Shown here in pieces: positions 1 to 8,803 of a DNA stretch of 64,000 nucleotides (positions are counted from its first letter, which is position 1; every line of letters begins with the position of its first letter). The DNA is taken from the IMG/VR virus record IMGVR_UViG_3300044824_000100, positions 1-64,000 of that record. One strand, given 5' to 3'. This stretch comes from a virus (taxonomy: Duplodnaviria > Heunggongvirae > Uroviricota > Caudoviricetes). The translations under genes and the position numbers were made by a program. The notes below the pieces were generated by a model. The model was not told the DNA's origin and did not search any database. It saw only the letters and a program-made list of their open reading frames with translations.

Positions 1-298
1 AGCAGTGTCGATAGGCCTTGTAGACAAGATAGTGGAGCCTAAGAAGCGCGGCAACTTACGTAAGGTGAGACAAGCAGCCATGAAGAAGACTCCAGAGATG
101 GATGAGATGAAGAAGCTATTAGCTGGCATCTACACTAGGATTAACAAGGTGAAGGTTCCTAAGCTTGAGCTCAATCCTGTTGCTAAAGAACCTGTCGATC
201 CACATCTCGTAGTGGACGATAAGCCAGCAGAAGAAGAAAAGCCCCAGCAAGTTAATGCTGAGGCTTCTCCAACGCTCACCGGCACTGAGCACTCTTAA
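1..298 (+). CDS. hypothetical protein (probably C-terminal part of a gene starting upstream of window)
   Basis: ORF open to window edge in frame; Lys/Glu/Pro-rich, no recognisable motif. Confidence 0.3.
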   Translation, partial: AVSIGLVDKIVEPKKRGNLRKVRQAAMKKTPEMDEMKKLLAGIYTRINKVKVPKLELNPVAKEPVDPHLVVDDKPAEEEKPQQVNAEASPTLTGTEHS

Positions 299-301
299 GT
301 A

Positions 302-706
302 TTAATTAGAACAGTTGCCGTCGTTCTCTTCGGTCTTCTCGACCTTGACGATGCTATAAGTTGCGTCATGCATGCAACCATATATCCTGCCGTCAGTACA
401 TCCCCAGAAAGTCATACCACATTCGGTGCGCTCTCGGCATTCGCAAACGGTCGATCCATACCTGTAGTTGTCAACCTTTTCTGGTTCAGGTGGAACTTCA
501 GGCGTCTGCACTGCTTCCGGCGTTACTTCAACGATCGGCGCATCTGGTACTGGAGAAGCGGCTACTGGAGCTTGAGTTTCCTTCTGCTCAGTTTGCTTGC
601 GCTGGTCGATCATCTTCTGCTGCTCGTCGTCCGTGCAGCAGAACAAACCAACTGCCATACCAACCATCACTAATAGACTAAGTGCTCGGCGTGTTCTTGT
701 TGTCAT
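302..706 (-). CDS. membrane-anchored/secreted protein with Pro-rich linker and Cys-rich C-terminal domain
   Basis: N-terminal hydrophobic segment LSLLVMVGMAVGLFCC, PE/PV-rich linker, 8 Cys in last 60 aa. Confidence 0.4.
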   Translation of the reverse strand: MTTRTRRALSLLVMVGMAVGLFCCTDDEQQKMIDQRKQTEQKETQAPVAASPVPDAPIVEVTPEAVQTPEVPPEPEKVDNYRYGSTVCECRERTECGMTFWGCTDGRIYGCMHDATYSIVKVEKTEENDGNCSN

Positions 707-815
707 TGTTTCCGTCCTTTTTTACTTCTTTGAAGATGGCTAGGGCGCAAGATCCGAGGAAGAATGCTCCGACGAGGACTATGATTGCTAGTGCGATATC
801 GAGTAATGCTGGCAT
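678..815 (-). CDS. small single-pass membrane protein (45 aa) downstream of SPFH gene
   Basis: Internal Met of listed ORF preceded by AAAGGAG SD 7 nt upstream; one TM helix IALAIIVLVGAFFLGSCALAIF. Confidence 0.45.
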   Translation of the reverse strand: MPALLDIALAIIVLVGAFFLGSCALAIFKEVKKDGNNDNKNTPST

Positions 816-942
816 GTTATGCTCCTTTAAAATTGTGCCCCTGTGGACTCTAACCACTCCATCCGCGAGGCCCACAGATTTTGCATTAAGAACGTCCAGT
901 GATCGACTGGCCACCGAAGTGTTTGTTACGTTGCAAACTTGC

Positions 943-2205
943 TTACTTAGTGGTCTTGCTACCGTACTCTTTGCTGATGCGCAAGAAGGACTCAAGACCT
1001 ACAGCTTCGAAGGGATCAGTGGCACTCTTGCCAGGACCTCCGCTACCGAGCACCATCATGTCCGGGAACTTCACTTTGGCAAGTTCTCCTGCGACGCCGA
1101 TGGCAGTCTCTTTATCGATGTTGGCACGTTCGAGAGGAGTCAAACCTGCAGCGACCTTGAGGCGGTTCACTTCAGCTTCAGCTTTACCGTTCGTGATGCG
1201 AGCTTGAGAGTCTTGTTCAGCTTGCTGACGATTGAGTTTAGATACTTCGAAGAGTTTCTCAGCGACAGTGACCTCTTTCATCTTCTGAACGTCTTGGTCA
1301 GCTTTCTCAGTAGCAATTCGAGCGTTACCTTGCTCACGAGCGGTGATGGCGTCTTGCTTAGCTTTCTCAGCATTGGCACGAGCCACGACCTTCATCTGCT
1401 CAGCTTCCTTCTTCTTCTGAATGAGCGACTCGATAGTCGGATCGAAATCCAACTCTTTAATCGTGAAGGAAATCACTTCTACACCGTAGGTAGCCAGAGG
1501 CGACGTCTTGCGAATGACAGGTTGTCCCTGAGCATCCTTCTTGACGAAGACTTCATGGTCCACAAGTTCGTTGCCATCTGCGTCAGCAGTCTTGATCTCA
1601 CGAGCAGTAACGTCGTAGATACCGTTCTTGATCTGGTCTTCCACGAGTGACGTGAATTCAGAACGTCGAGTCGAATAGGACTCTTCTGCTTTCATGAGAG
1701 TAGCCGTCTGCATCATGGCTTCCGACACAGTTTGGCGGATAAGGTCATGCTTGAGAGCGTCGTACGACTTAAAATCCTGGTGAATTCTTAGTCGCTTTAC
1801 AGGGTCAGTAGGCAAGCGATATTTGATAGCACCGCTGATGTCAGCAGTACCACCGTCGTTAAATCGGACGTGGATAGGATCAGATTCTGGTCCGCCACCG
1901 CCGTCCAAGTTGCTCTTGGAGAAGTAGTGCATGTCCGAGACTTGGTAGGTGTGAACATCTGCGAACAAGCGCAGGTACGAACCTGGCTGGTCGATAACCG
2001 TCATGGTTCCGGTTACAGCTGCCTGTTTCACTTGATAGAAGCCTGCGTTATTTGTTCCTACAAGTCCTCGGCCTACGCCGATGACCAAGAACAAGCCCAC
2101 GACTCCTACTACGAGGAGCGAGAGCAATTTTACTTTACGAAGATCCATACCGCTGTTTCCTTTCGATTGACTGGTTACGTTGAAACGTTGATTTGCTAGT
2201 GCCAT
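943..2205 (-). CDS. SPFH/band-7 (stomatin/prohibitin/HflK-like) membrane protein
   Basis: N-terminal TM helix, SPFH-domain-like core, long Ala/Glu/Lys/Gln coiled-coil C-terminal region typical of HflK/C and flotillin-like proteins. Confidence 0.75.
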   Translation of the reverse strand: MALANQRFNVTSQSKGNSGMDLRKVKLLSLLVVGVVGLFLVIGVGRGLVGTNNAGFYQVKQAAVTGTMTVIDQPGSYLRLFADVHTYQVSDMHYFSKSNLDGGGGPESDPIHVRFNDGGTADISGAIKYRLPTDPVKRLRIHQDFKSYDALKHDLIRQTVSEAMMQTATLMKAEESYSTRRSEFTSLVEDQIKNGIYDVTAREIKTADADGNELVDHEVFVKKDAQGQPVIRKTSPLATYGVEVISFTIKELDFDPTIESLIQKKKEAEQMKVVARANAEKAKQDAITAREQGNARIATEKADQDVQKMKEVTVAEKLFEVSKLNRQQAEQDSQARITNGKAEAEVNRLKVAAGLTPLERANIDKETAIGVAGELAKVKFPDMMVLGSGGPGKSATDPFEAVGLESFLRISKEYGSKTTK

Positions 2206-2239
2206 TTATAAAACACCTCTGCGTTGTCGTTGTTTCGAA

Positions 2240-2593
2240 TTACTTGTTTCCGAGTACGTTTCCGTAGCGTTTACGGTTACGAAGAGCGCGAAGAATACGA
2301 GCACGAGGGTTCTTGCCAAGCTCTTCATATCCCCAGCTTCCATCGTTCACGGCAGAGGCGAGGCGAGCACCACCGAAGAACTTAGCCAAAGCATTGGCAC
2401 GAGCTTTCGTAGCCAAGCTGCGCGTATTGTAAGTATTGGTGACGCGTAGATTGCTGTTTGCTGCATCACCGGCATGCCCAAGGACACAACAACGACCTAC
2501 CTCATCCACTAGATCGCATGTTGTCCACTGACTGGTTGGAATGTTCGAAAAGAAGTCGATGAAATAGTTTAACGTATAGCCTTTATGAGCCAT
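2240..2593 (-). CDS. hypothetical protein
   Basis: Clean 117-aa ORF between SPFH gene and long intergenic region; no motif recognised. Confidence 0.4.
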   Translation of the reverse strand: MAHKGYTLNYFIDFFSNIPTSQWTTCDLVDEVGRCCVLGHAGDAANSNLRVTNTYNTRSLATKARANALAKFFGGARLASAVNDGSWGYEELGKNPRARILRALRNRKRYGNVLGNK

Positions 2594-2827
2594 GGATTCT
2601 CCTTGATTGTTTGATGGAAATTACGCCGTGATTATACGATTTGATTTTTATAGGGTTAGGAATGGGTTGGCAAGCAGTCTCTCTGTAGAGTTTTCCCTAC
2701 CAACCCCCGTCTAACCTATTATCTCCAACATCCCGATTACCAAGACGACTCTTACGGATTTGTTGCACGTGTTTTTATTCTAGAGCTATGTCACGCACCG
2801 CGAACACGGAAAACTCATCGGCACGCC

Positions 2828-3046
2828 TCAAGTTACACTCATGAAGGATTTCTCCATGAGCTTCACAAGCTTTTTGTATTTTCTTCGCGCCTGCTTAATG
2901 GCGTAGGACTGGGAATTGTGGGTTGAAACTGTATGTCCGTTATGGATGTTTACGACATCAAAGACGTACTTCGAACCGATGTCTCCATCGTCGATATATC
3001 TCTCTTTGACTTCAAACGTTGTCTTCCATGTATCGTCAGACATCAT
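2828..3046 (-). CDS. hypothetical protein
   Basis: 72-aa ORF abutting HNH gene stop (start/stop adjacent). Confidence 0.35.
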   Translation of the reverse strand: MMSDDTWKTTFEVKERYIDDGDIGSKYVFDVVNIHNGHTVSTHNSQSYAIKQARRKYKKLVKLMEKSFMSVT

Positions 3047-3376
3047 TTAGTTGCCTTGCTCCCAGTGATACTTTCTATGGCAATTAGAACAGAGTATGTC
3101 GCACTTGGCAATTTCAAGGAGGATCGTCTCCTTATTACATCTGCCATGTGCCATCTTAGCTATTTCCATATCCTTTTTACTAGGATCTCTATGATGAAAG
3201 TCTAAACAAGCTGGATGGTCTTCTTGGCATTTGGTGCAGGATTTACCTAAAAGCACTTCCTGCTTCAGCCATTTCTTTATCTCATGGCGCTTATTTTGCT
3301 GCCTAATCCTTCTGTATTCGGAGTTTTCTTTATTCCACTTCTTCTGATATGCTTTGATTTTCTTTTTGGAACTCAT
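3047..3376 (-). CDS. HNH endonuclease (free-standing homing-endonuclease-like)
   Basis: CxxC...HH...CxxCH zinc-finger/HNH signature (CTKCQEDHPACLDFHHRD ... CSNCHRKYH); AT-rich, basic. Confidence 0.75.
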   Translation of the reverse strand: MSSKKKIKAYQKKWNKENSEYRRIRQQNKRHEIKKWLKQEVLLGKSCTKCQEDHPACLDFHHRDPSKKDMEIAKMAHGRCNKETILLEIAKCDILCSNCHRKYHWEQGN

Positions 3377-3422
3377 AATATAATCTCTAATAGATTATAT
3401 CAGGTCCATTGATTGGACTAAG

Positions 3423-3514
3423 TGGTCCACCCGCTCAGAATCGAACTGAGTATCGACACCAATCTAGTGCTCAAAAGAAGGTATAAGCTTCTGACCCTAC
3501 CTAAGGTCGGGTGG
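3423..3514 (-). tRNA. tRNA-like gene, 92 nt, atypical (possible anticodon UAU; long variable region)
   Basis: Minus strand: perfect 7-bp acceptor CCACCCG/CGGGTGG, discriminator A, encoded CCA, T-arm CTCAG-TTCGATT-CTGAG, anticodon arm AGAAG-CTTATAC-CTTCT with U33/A37. D-arm does not fold canonically. Confidence 0.45.
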
Positions 3515-3530
3515 ATTTGTATATTCTACC

Positions 3531-4022
3531 TTAAAATTCGTCCGGCCCAGTGCTTAGTTCTTGACGAACTTGCATCAGCGCCTTACCAAGAAGGTTCTGG
3601 CCGGTGCCAACTCCACCCTTCTCACCAGTTCCCCATACCTTGTCGTAAGGAGAATCCTCGTAGATGAGGGCGTCGCTAGTCGACAGCAAAACTTCTTTTA
3701 ATTTCAAGCTGTTACCAAATTTAGCCCTGAGAGCATCCAGCATGACGTCGTACTTAACATCATCCCAGTCCGAGCGTAGAGTAACTACTCGACCCATACG
3801 CTTTGCATCAAGCGGGGTCGAAGCCTTACGAATATCTTCCTGCTGACCTGTGTCAAGCGTCTTCATCGCAGCGAAGTAATGCTCCGTTGTTGGCCATACT
3901 TGCCCGTCGATCTCATATGGGCCTTCGAAGAAATTTGAGAAGCAACCATACTGCTCCTTATCGCTTTCACTCCAGAAGAAAATCTTTTGTCTGCTCATGT
4001 TACACCTTCCAATATTTATCAA
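3531..4022 (-). CDS. NADAR-domain protein (YbiA/DUF1768-like N-glycosidase / ADP-ribose processing family)
   Basis: Alignable to E. coli YbiA: FFWSESD..YGCFSNFF...W.TTEHYFAAMK...AKRMGR...LRAKF...WGTG..G.G.N.LGKALMQVRQEL. Confidence 0.8.
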   Translation of the reverse strand: MINIGRCNMSRQKIFFWSESDKEQYGCFSNFFEGPYEIDGQVWPTTEHYFAAMKTLDTGQQEDIRKASTPLDAKRMGRVVTLRSDWDDVKYDVMLDALRAKFGNSLKLKEVLLSTSDALIYEDSPYDKVWGTGEKGGVGTGQNLLGKALMQVRQELSTGPDEF

Positions 4023-4212
4023 CGTACTGACCCGTCATGTCATGACCACCTAGACCAATGTCCCAACCGGGACCTAGCACCTTAAGCATCACTAGGAAGT
4101 CTATGAGGTCGTAGACGTGTGCCATCCTTCTACCTCTGAGACTCTCCCATTCCTCCTGGTCCTTGTTCAGCGGCACCTCCCAGTCGTAGTCGTCCCACGC
4201 CATGCGGCTCAA
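4000..4212 (-). CDS. hypothetical protein
   Basis: 70-aa ORF between AAA ATPase and NADAR genes, start codon adjacent to upstream stop. Confidence 0.3.
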   Translation of the reverse strand: MSRMAWDDYDWEVPLNKDQEEWESLRGRRMAHVYDLIDFLVMLKVLGPGWDIGLGGHDMTGQYVDKYWKV

Positions 4213-4214
4213 CG

Positions 4215-5207
4215 TTACATTCCTAGACCGAGTGAACGACTCTCCTCGAAGTTCTTCTTGAACTTCTTAGAATGCGCTACCAGCTCTTCGATGACCTGCT
4301 TATAGCTCTTGTCATGCAGCTCGCTGCGAACTGCAACTTCCTCCAAGTGGGCGATACTGAAGTCCTCAGTACCTTTCATGCCAATACATTCCTTTTCCTC
4401 GTCAGTGAGGTCGCGCTTTGAGATGAAACCCAAGAGCAGTATTCTCTCTGCATGGTTAGGGGGAGAAAGTGCAAGCATAAGGTCGAAACGACCTGGACGA
4501 TCTGCGAGCGACTGGAGCAAATTCTCAGGATGATTGGTGGTAGCCACGATGAACGTGGGAAGCTTGAATGTTACGCCTACGCCGTCGAGCAGGTTGAGAA
4601 GGCCAGAGTCAATAGGAGCGTGACCGTGATCCCCGTCGCGCTCTCCTCCACCAATGTCCTCGATGATGAGAATGAGGCGAGTGCACTCAGTGGTGTACTC
4701 CGAGCGTGTAGTAAGGAAGCGACATACGGAGTCTGCCTCGATGTCGGACGTGGGCCAGATCATAACGACTGTACCGACATCCTCATTCATCGCGTCGCCG
4801 CAGAACTTCTCGATAGCAGAGGTCTTACCCATGCCAGGTTTGGAGTAGAGCAGAACTCCTCGTTTCTTGGGACGACCTAGCTTCTCGTATACGTGCAACT
4901 TACTGAAGAAGGTCTTGGCTTCGTGCAGGATCTGTTTAGTGCTGTCCACAGATTCGAGAAGGTTGCGAAGCTTCAGCTCAACCTTCGATGTTGCGAGGCC
5001 AGCAGCAGTCTCAACCAGGGTGTAGATACCTGGTCTGATCTCGTACTTCTTGTCTTCCTCTGCACGCTCATACTTCATCTGGATGATCTGCTCTTCGTTC
5101 TGGAAGCAGAGATCAGACTCGGGAAGCTCCAAGACTTGTCCCTCAACAAGTTCCTTGAATCGAGTAATCTTCTTGATTTTAAATCTACCTTCGGTGTTTT
5201 CTGCCAC
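4215..5207 (-). CDS. AAA+ ATPase (classical AAA clade, FtsH/Cdc48-like ATPase module)
   Basis: Walker A LLYSKPGMGKTS, Walker B LILIIEDIGG, sensor-1 TTNHPENL, arginine finger region DRPGRFD. Confidence 0.85.
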   Translation of the reverse strand: MAENTEGRFKIKKITRFKELVEGQVLELPESDLCFQNEEQIIQMKYERAEEDKKYEIRPGIYTLVETAAGLATSKVELKLRNLLESVDSTKQILHEAKTFFSKLHVYEKLGRPKKRGVLLYSKPGMGKTSAIEKFCGDAMNEDVGTVVMIWPTSDIEADSVCRFLTTRSEYTTECTRLILIIEDIGGGERDGDHGHAPIDSGLLNLLDGVGVTFKLPTFIVATTNHPENLLQSLADRPGRFDLMLALSPPNHAERILLLGFISKRDLTDEEKECIGMKGTEDFSIAHLEEVAVRSELHDKSYKQVIEELVAHSKKFKKNFEESRSLGLGM

Positions 5208-5211
5208 GTGA

Positions 5212-5490
5212 TTACCTTCCCTTTATGCGATCTTTATACCCGTTCATTTTCCGAGTCTTAGATATATTTGCTCTGCGAACTTCGCCCATTATGCTGACCT
5301 TATGGAATCTCCTGCGACCACCGTTGTCCTTATATTCCATGGCGGCGTTGTCTGCATCGAACACGCTCATCTGCCAAGACTTCTTGGACGCAAACCTGGA
5401 CTCGCTTATACTGTTTATCTCTAAACCATCCCCCGGATCTTCCTGACGATAGTCTGCCCAGCTTCTGCGCTTCCTCTTCTTACGTGCCAT
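5212..5490 (-). CDS. hypothetical basic protein
   Basis: Listed ORF trimmed to internal Met (MARKKRKRR...) that removes the 100-nt overlap with the upstream ORF. Confidence 0.3.
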   Translation of the reverse strand: MARKKRKRRSWADYRQEDPGDGLEINSISESRFASKKSWQMSVFDADNAAMEYKDNGGRRRFHKVSIMGEVRRANISKTRKMNGYKDRIKGR

Positions 5491-5716
5491 CGCTAACGGA
5501 TCCCAGAAATCGACTAACCATGGCCCTGGTCGAGACGTGATACGCTTGCTTAGACACGCCAAATATGGCGTCGTCTGCACCGCAGTCGTGCATCCACATG
5601 GCGTGGGAACCGCACGTGAACTCTTCTACTAACCCAGATACATGGTAGTTACGAGTCTGCACTCGGTACTTCTTGAGTACCTCGTTGTCTTCTAGAGTGA
5701 TCTTTCTTATATTCAC
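5480..5716 (-). CDS. hypothetical protein
   Basis: 78-aa ORF, start overlaps DUF1653 gene stop. Confidence 0.3.
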   Translation of the reverse strand: MNIRKITLEDNEVLKKYRVQTRNYHVSGLVEEFTCGSHAMWMHDCGADDAIFGVSKQAYHVSTRAMVSRFLGSVSDGT

Positions 5717-6051
5717 TTGTCTTCCAGTAGTTTGAAGCGAGGCATGCCACCATCTTCGGAGTCCACCATGACGTCCGAAGTGAACTCCTTAAGAGTCCTC
5801 ACGTAGTAGGTACCATGCTTTTCGTTCATGTAGACAACATAAGGCTTCCCGTCATCGCAGTGTGCTGCAGTGAACAGCACCACGTAGATTCCGCCCTTAT
5901 AATGTCGGTACCTTCCAGGTCTTATCATGGAAGGCCGCTGATCATTTCCAGTAGTTTTTCGGCCAGTGGGTAGCAAGCTCCAGTGACAAACAGACCAAAT
6001 ATACCTAGATATTTGAAGCCTGCGATATTCACTAGCACCAGCGCCGCACAC
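5713..6051 (-). CDS. DUF1653-family protein
   Basis: GRYRHYKGGIYVVL...H....KPYVVY....G..YVRTL..F matches the DUF1653 signature. Confidence 0.65.
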   Translation of the reverse strand: MCGAGASEYRRLQISRYIWSVCHWSLLPTGRKTTGNDQRPSMIRPGRYRHYKGGIYVVLFTAAHCDDGKPYVVYMNEKHGTYYVRTLKEFTSDVMVDSEDGGMPRFKLLEDK

Positions 6052-6086
6052 GCTATGACAATGAGTGTTGCTTTGTTCATGAATCT

Positions 6087-7562
6087 TTATACGTTCAGAT
6101 TCGCAAGAAGTCTCGCTCTGATTTCAGAGAGACTCTCATCTCGCAGGAACTTCCCGTTGAGGTAAACCGGTTGTAGCAAGCCCTTCTTTTCCTCAGCAGG
6201 AGTGACCTGTTGACTGAGAGTAAAATCTTCGTTCACTCTGAGGAGTCCCTTAGCTGACTTCTTGACGCCGTTGTCGGTTTTTGGGTTCTTATACATGTCC
6301 ACAGGAACTCCGTTGATCACACCGTACGTAGCTTTTAAGGCCATGCCGAACGTGTCTCTGGTGTTGTACTGGTAGGTGTAAGAACCGATGCCAAGCACGA
6401 CGTTGGTGGAAGCAAAGCCTTTAGCCTTGAGACCAGCCATGATTTGCTCAGCACGTTCCAGAGTGATAGAGTCCCCGTAGATGAGACCGACGTGTGGGTC
6501 AAGGCGTTTGTATCCTCTAGACGTTAACGAGCCTCCGAACGTATCCCAGAGCACCTCGATTGAACCCTTGTATTGAGGTGATCCGACAGGCGCTTCGGGG
6601 TCACCGCAGATGATCTTCACTGGGTCGCCGGAATCTGGGCGAAACACCAGCTTACCTGGACGAGCCATGATAACTGGCTTGAGCTCTGCTGCCTTCACTG
6701 TGAGCGTATCCCAGTAGTCCCAGGTATCGGAGACAACCGATAAAACTGCTGACGTGGGGTAGACGTCTTTTAAGAGGCGCAAGAAGGTCTGAACTTCAGT
6801 TTCCTGACCTCCCATGCACATGACAGAGTGTTCCGTAGCGGGAACAGAGCCACCAATGAGCTCCTTCTCGCAGTCTGCGTTGTAGTAGTCTTCGAGGTAA
6901 TCGATCGATGGGATCGTGTCCGTTCCAGTGAAGCTCAATAAGTGAGCTGCGCCAGAGCGGGTAGCAGATTCTGGGCCATCCATGCCGCGGAACGAGAAGT
7001 CGTGTCCTTGCCACTGAACAAATCCGGCGACAAGTTCAGGATCGGTTTCAACAGCTGCTGCTTGAAGAACCTTACGGTACTCAAAAGCGATGGTGGCGTT
7101 AGTGGACTGCTTCCAGGTGAGAGACGATAGGATAGTCTCCAAGAAGTTGGGCAGCCAGAAGAAGTCTTCGAACCCATCCGAGTTAGTGATGGTCCAAGGT
7201 GGAACACCGATCGGAACCAAGGTTCCTTCTGGAAGCGCCTTGACGAGGACTGGCAGGAAACCAAGATCATGTAAGCGTGCGATGTGGTCGTACGAGATGG
7301 CACCTGGTCCAAGGTAGTTATCGATGCGTCGCTTGTAGCGAGCGAGAACCTTGTCTTTTGGTTGACTGAAGAAGCTCTCTTGCCACGTCTGCTGAAGCTC
7401 CTTCAGAGCTCCTTGCAAGCCGAAGTTCACTGTTGCCTTATAGCGAGGATCGCGAGAGCTACGGAAGGTAGCGTTGGTATAGACCTTCTGCGAACCCTTA
7501 GGGTATTGACTGCGATGGTCGACCTTGTATCCGTCCTTCAAATTAACTGCAATAAGCTTCAT
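6087..7562 (-). CDS. nadV: nicotinamide phosphoribosyltransferase (NamPRT/NadV-like; or Namat-type ADPR-PP:nicotinamide transferase)
   Basis: 491 aa, type II PRTase of the Nampt family (GTDT, SVPATEHS, YGDS motifs region); same family as phage KVP40 NadV. Confidence 0.9.
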   Translation of the reverse strand: MKLIAVNLKDGYKVDHRSQYPKGSQKVYTNATFRSSRDPRYKATVNFGLQGALKELQQTWQESFFSQPKDKVLARYKRRIDNYLGPGAISYDHIARLHDLGFLPVLVKALPEGTLVPIGVPPWTITNSDGFEDFFWLPNFLETILSSLTWKQSTNATIAFEYRKVLQAAAVETDPELVAGFVQWQGHDFSFRGMDGPESATRSGAAHLLSFTGTDTIPSIDYLEDYYNADCEKELIGGSVPATEHSVMCMGGQETEVQTFLRLLKDVYPTSAVLSVVSDTWDYWDTLTVKAAELKPVIMARPGKLVFRPDSGDPVKIICGDPEAPVGSPQYKGSIEVLWDTFGGSLTSRGYKRLDPHVGLIYGDSITLERAEQIMAGLKAKGFASTNVVLGIGSYTYQYNTRDTFGMALKATYGVINGVPVDMYKNPKTDNGVKKSAKGLLRVNEDFTLSQQVTPAEEKKGLLQPVYLNGKFLRDESLSEIRARLLANLNV

Positions 7563-8362
7563 ACTTTGTATCCGTCCTCGTTTTTGGTTAAGCTATTGGT
7601 AGTATACAACTTGTCGATGCCGTTAGCCAGCAGATGGTCGCGACCCTTACTGAAGAGTCCGTGAGTGACACATAGGTCGACATAAACTGGAGTGTTCGCA
7701 CTCTTTAGCAGCTTAGCGACGCTTACGAAGGTAGCTCCGCCGTCACACAGATCATCTATGATGAGAAACTTAGTGTTGAACAAATCTGTCCTATTGAAAG
7801 GGTTGCCTTCTACGATCTCGTGACCGGTGATTGCACCCGTGAGCTGGTTGCGGGTCTTATCGCATACTACCTTAGGGATATGAGCCGTACCACTATCGTG
7901 GTAGCGATCGGCTGCCCCCTTATCTGGGAACACGATGAAGTCAGGCTCCGATGATTCGATGACATCGGAATGGAAGTCGCTGGCAGGGATATTAATGAAG
8001 CGTTTGATGAGCTTTGCCGTGCGTTTGGCATTATGTGCGTCCACTGATGATACAGTGGTGAAGTTCATCGAGTTGATGAGATCGGCGAACACGACGAGAT
8101 TGAACGTGGATTCGTTGGTGACATCCTTATCCTGCCTAGCGTAAGGTAAGTAAGGTACATGCAGGCTGACGTTCTGGTGCTTGATGAGCTTCCTAAGCGA
8201 AAGGAGGTCGATGATTTCTCGCTCACTCTCGAAGCGCCAGTCGATGCTGACACTGCTACACTGCAATATGTCTTGTGGGAGTTTCCACACCTGAGACGTG
8301 CCATCTGGAAAGATGGTGGGCTGCAGGATGAAGTTGTGATTACCGACGATTACTGTGATCAT
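7559..8362 (-). CDS. prs: ribose-phosphate pyrophosphokinase family protein (Prs-like; candidate ADP-ribose pyrophosphokinase)
   Basis: PRPP-binding loop FLIIDDLCDGGATF, N-terminal flexible loop region; start moved to MITVIVGNHNF Met with GAGGA SD 5 nt upstream. 4-nt overlap with nadV. Confidence 0.85.
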   Translation of the reverse strand: MITVIVGNHNFILQPTIFPDGTSQVWKLPQDILQCSSVSIDWRFESEREIIDLLSLRKLIKHQNVSLHVPYLPYARQDKDVTNESTFNLVVFADLINSMNFTTVSSVDAHNAKRTAKLIKRFINIPASDFHSDVIESSEPDFIVFPDKGAADRYHDSGTAHIPKVVCDKTRNQLTGAITGHEIVEGNPFNRTDLFNTKFLIIDDLCDGGATFVSVAKLLKSANTPVYVDLCVTHGLFSKGRDHLLANGIDKLYTTNSLTKNEDGYKV

Positions 8363-8534
8363 GCATGTCCTCGAATATGATTGGGTTAATGTTCCTCTGG
8401 CACCCAGCTCCATCGGAGTTGTACGTACCGTCTTGGTTGTGACAGTAGTCTACCTCACCCACCCTAGATGTGGTGCATCTTGCAACTGATACAAGTAGCA
8501 TAAAAAGTAATACGAATCTCATGACGTAAAGCAC
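8340..8534 (-). CDS. small predicted secreted protein
   Basis: N-terminal signal-like segment MRFVLLFMLLVSVARC; overlaps prs start region. Confidence 0.3.
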   Translation of the reverse strand: MLYVMRFVLLFMLLVSVARCTTSRVGEVDYCHNQDGTYNSDGAGCQRNINPIIFEDMHDHSNRR

Positions 8535-8746
8535 CTATCTGTTAGGTTATCAAGCCAATTCTTATAACCGTCTTGCACCCTTGTATCGGTGACTATGTAC
8601 CATGCGAGAGGATAGTAACCGCTATAATAGGTGAGTTGATGTGTCAACGGACATTCATTAAGCAGACATAGTTCTCTTTTACCATCTGATCTCATATGCA
8701 TCATGATGAGCTCGTCGAACCAATATAAATCTCCACAACTCTCCAC
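8519..8746 (-). CDS. hypothetical protein
   Basis: 75-aa ORF. Confidence 0.3.
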   Translation of the reverse strand: MESCGDLYWFDELIMMHMRSDGKRELCLLNECPLTHQLTYYSGYYPLAWYIVTDTRVQDGYKNWLDNLTDRCFTS

Positions 8747-8803
8747 AACTCTCTACGTCGTACATCCTGTAGGGAGGAGATAACTTCTGAAGATCAAGAT
8801 AGT

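Noticed and set aside
361-681. Two overlapping plus-strand ORFs (106 and 101 aa)
   Set aside because: Antisense to the minus-strand 134-aa gene. Low-complexity translations.
6796-7317. Several 60-125-aa ORFs on both strands inside nadV
   Set aside because: Entirely embedded in the well-supported 491-aa NamPRT gene.
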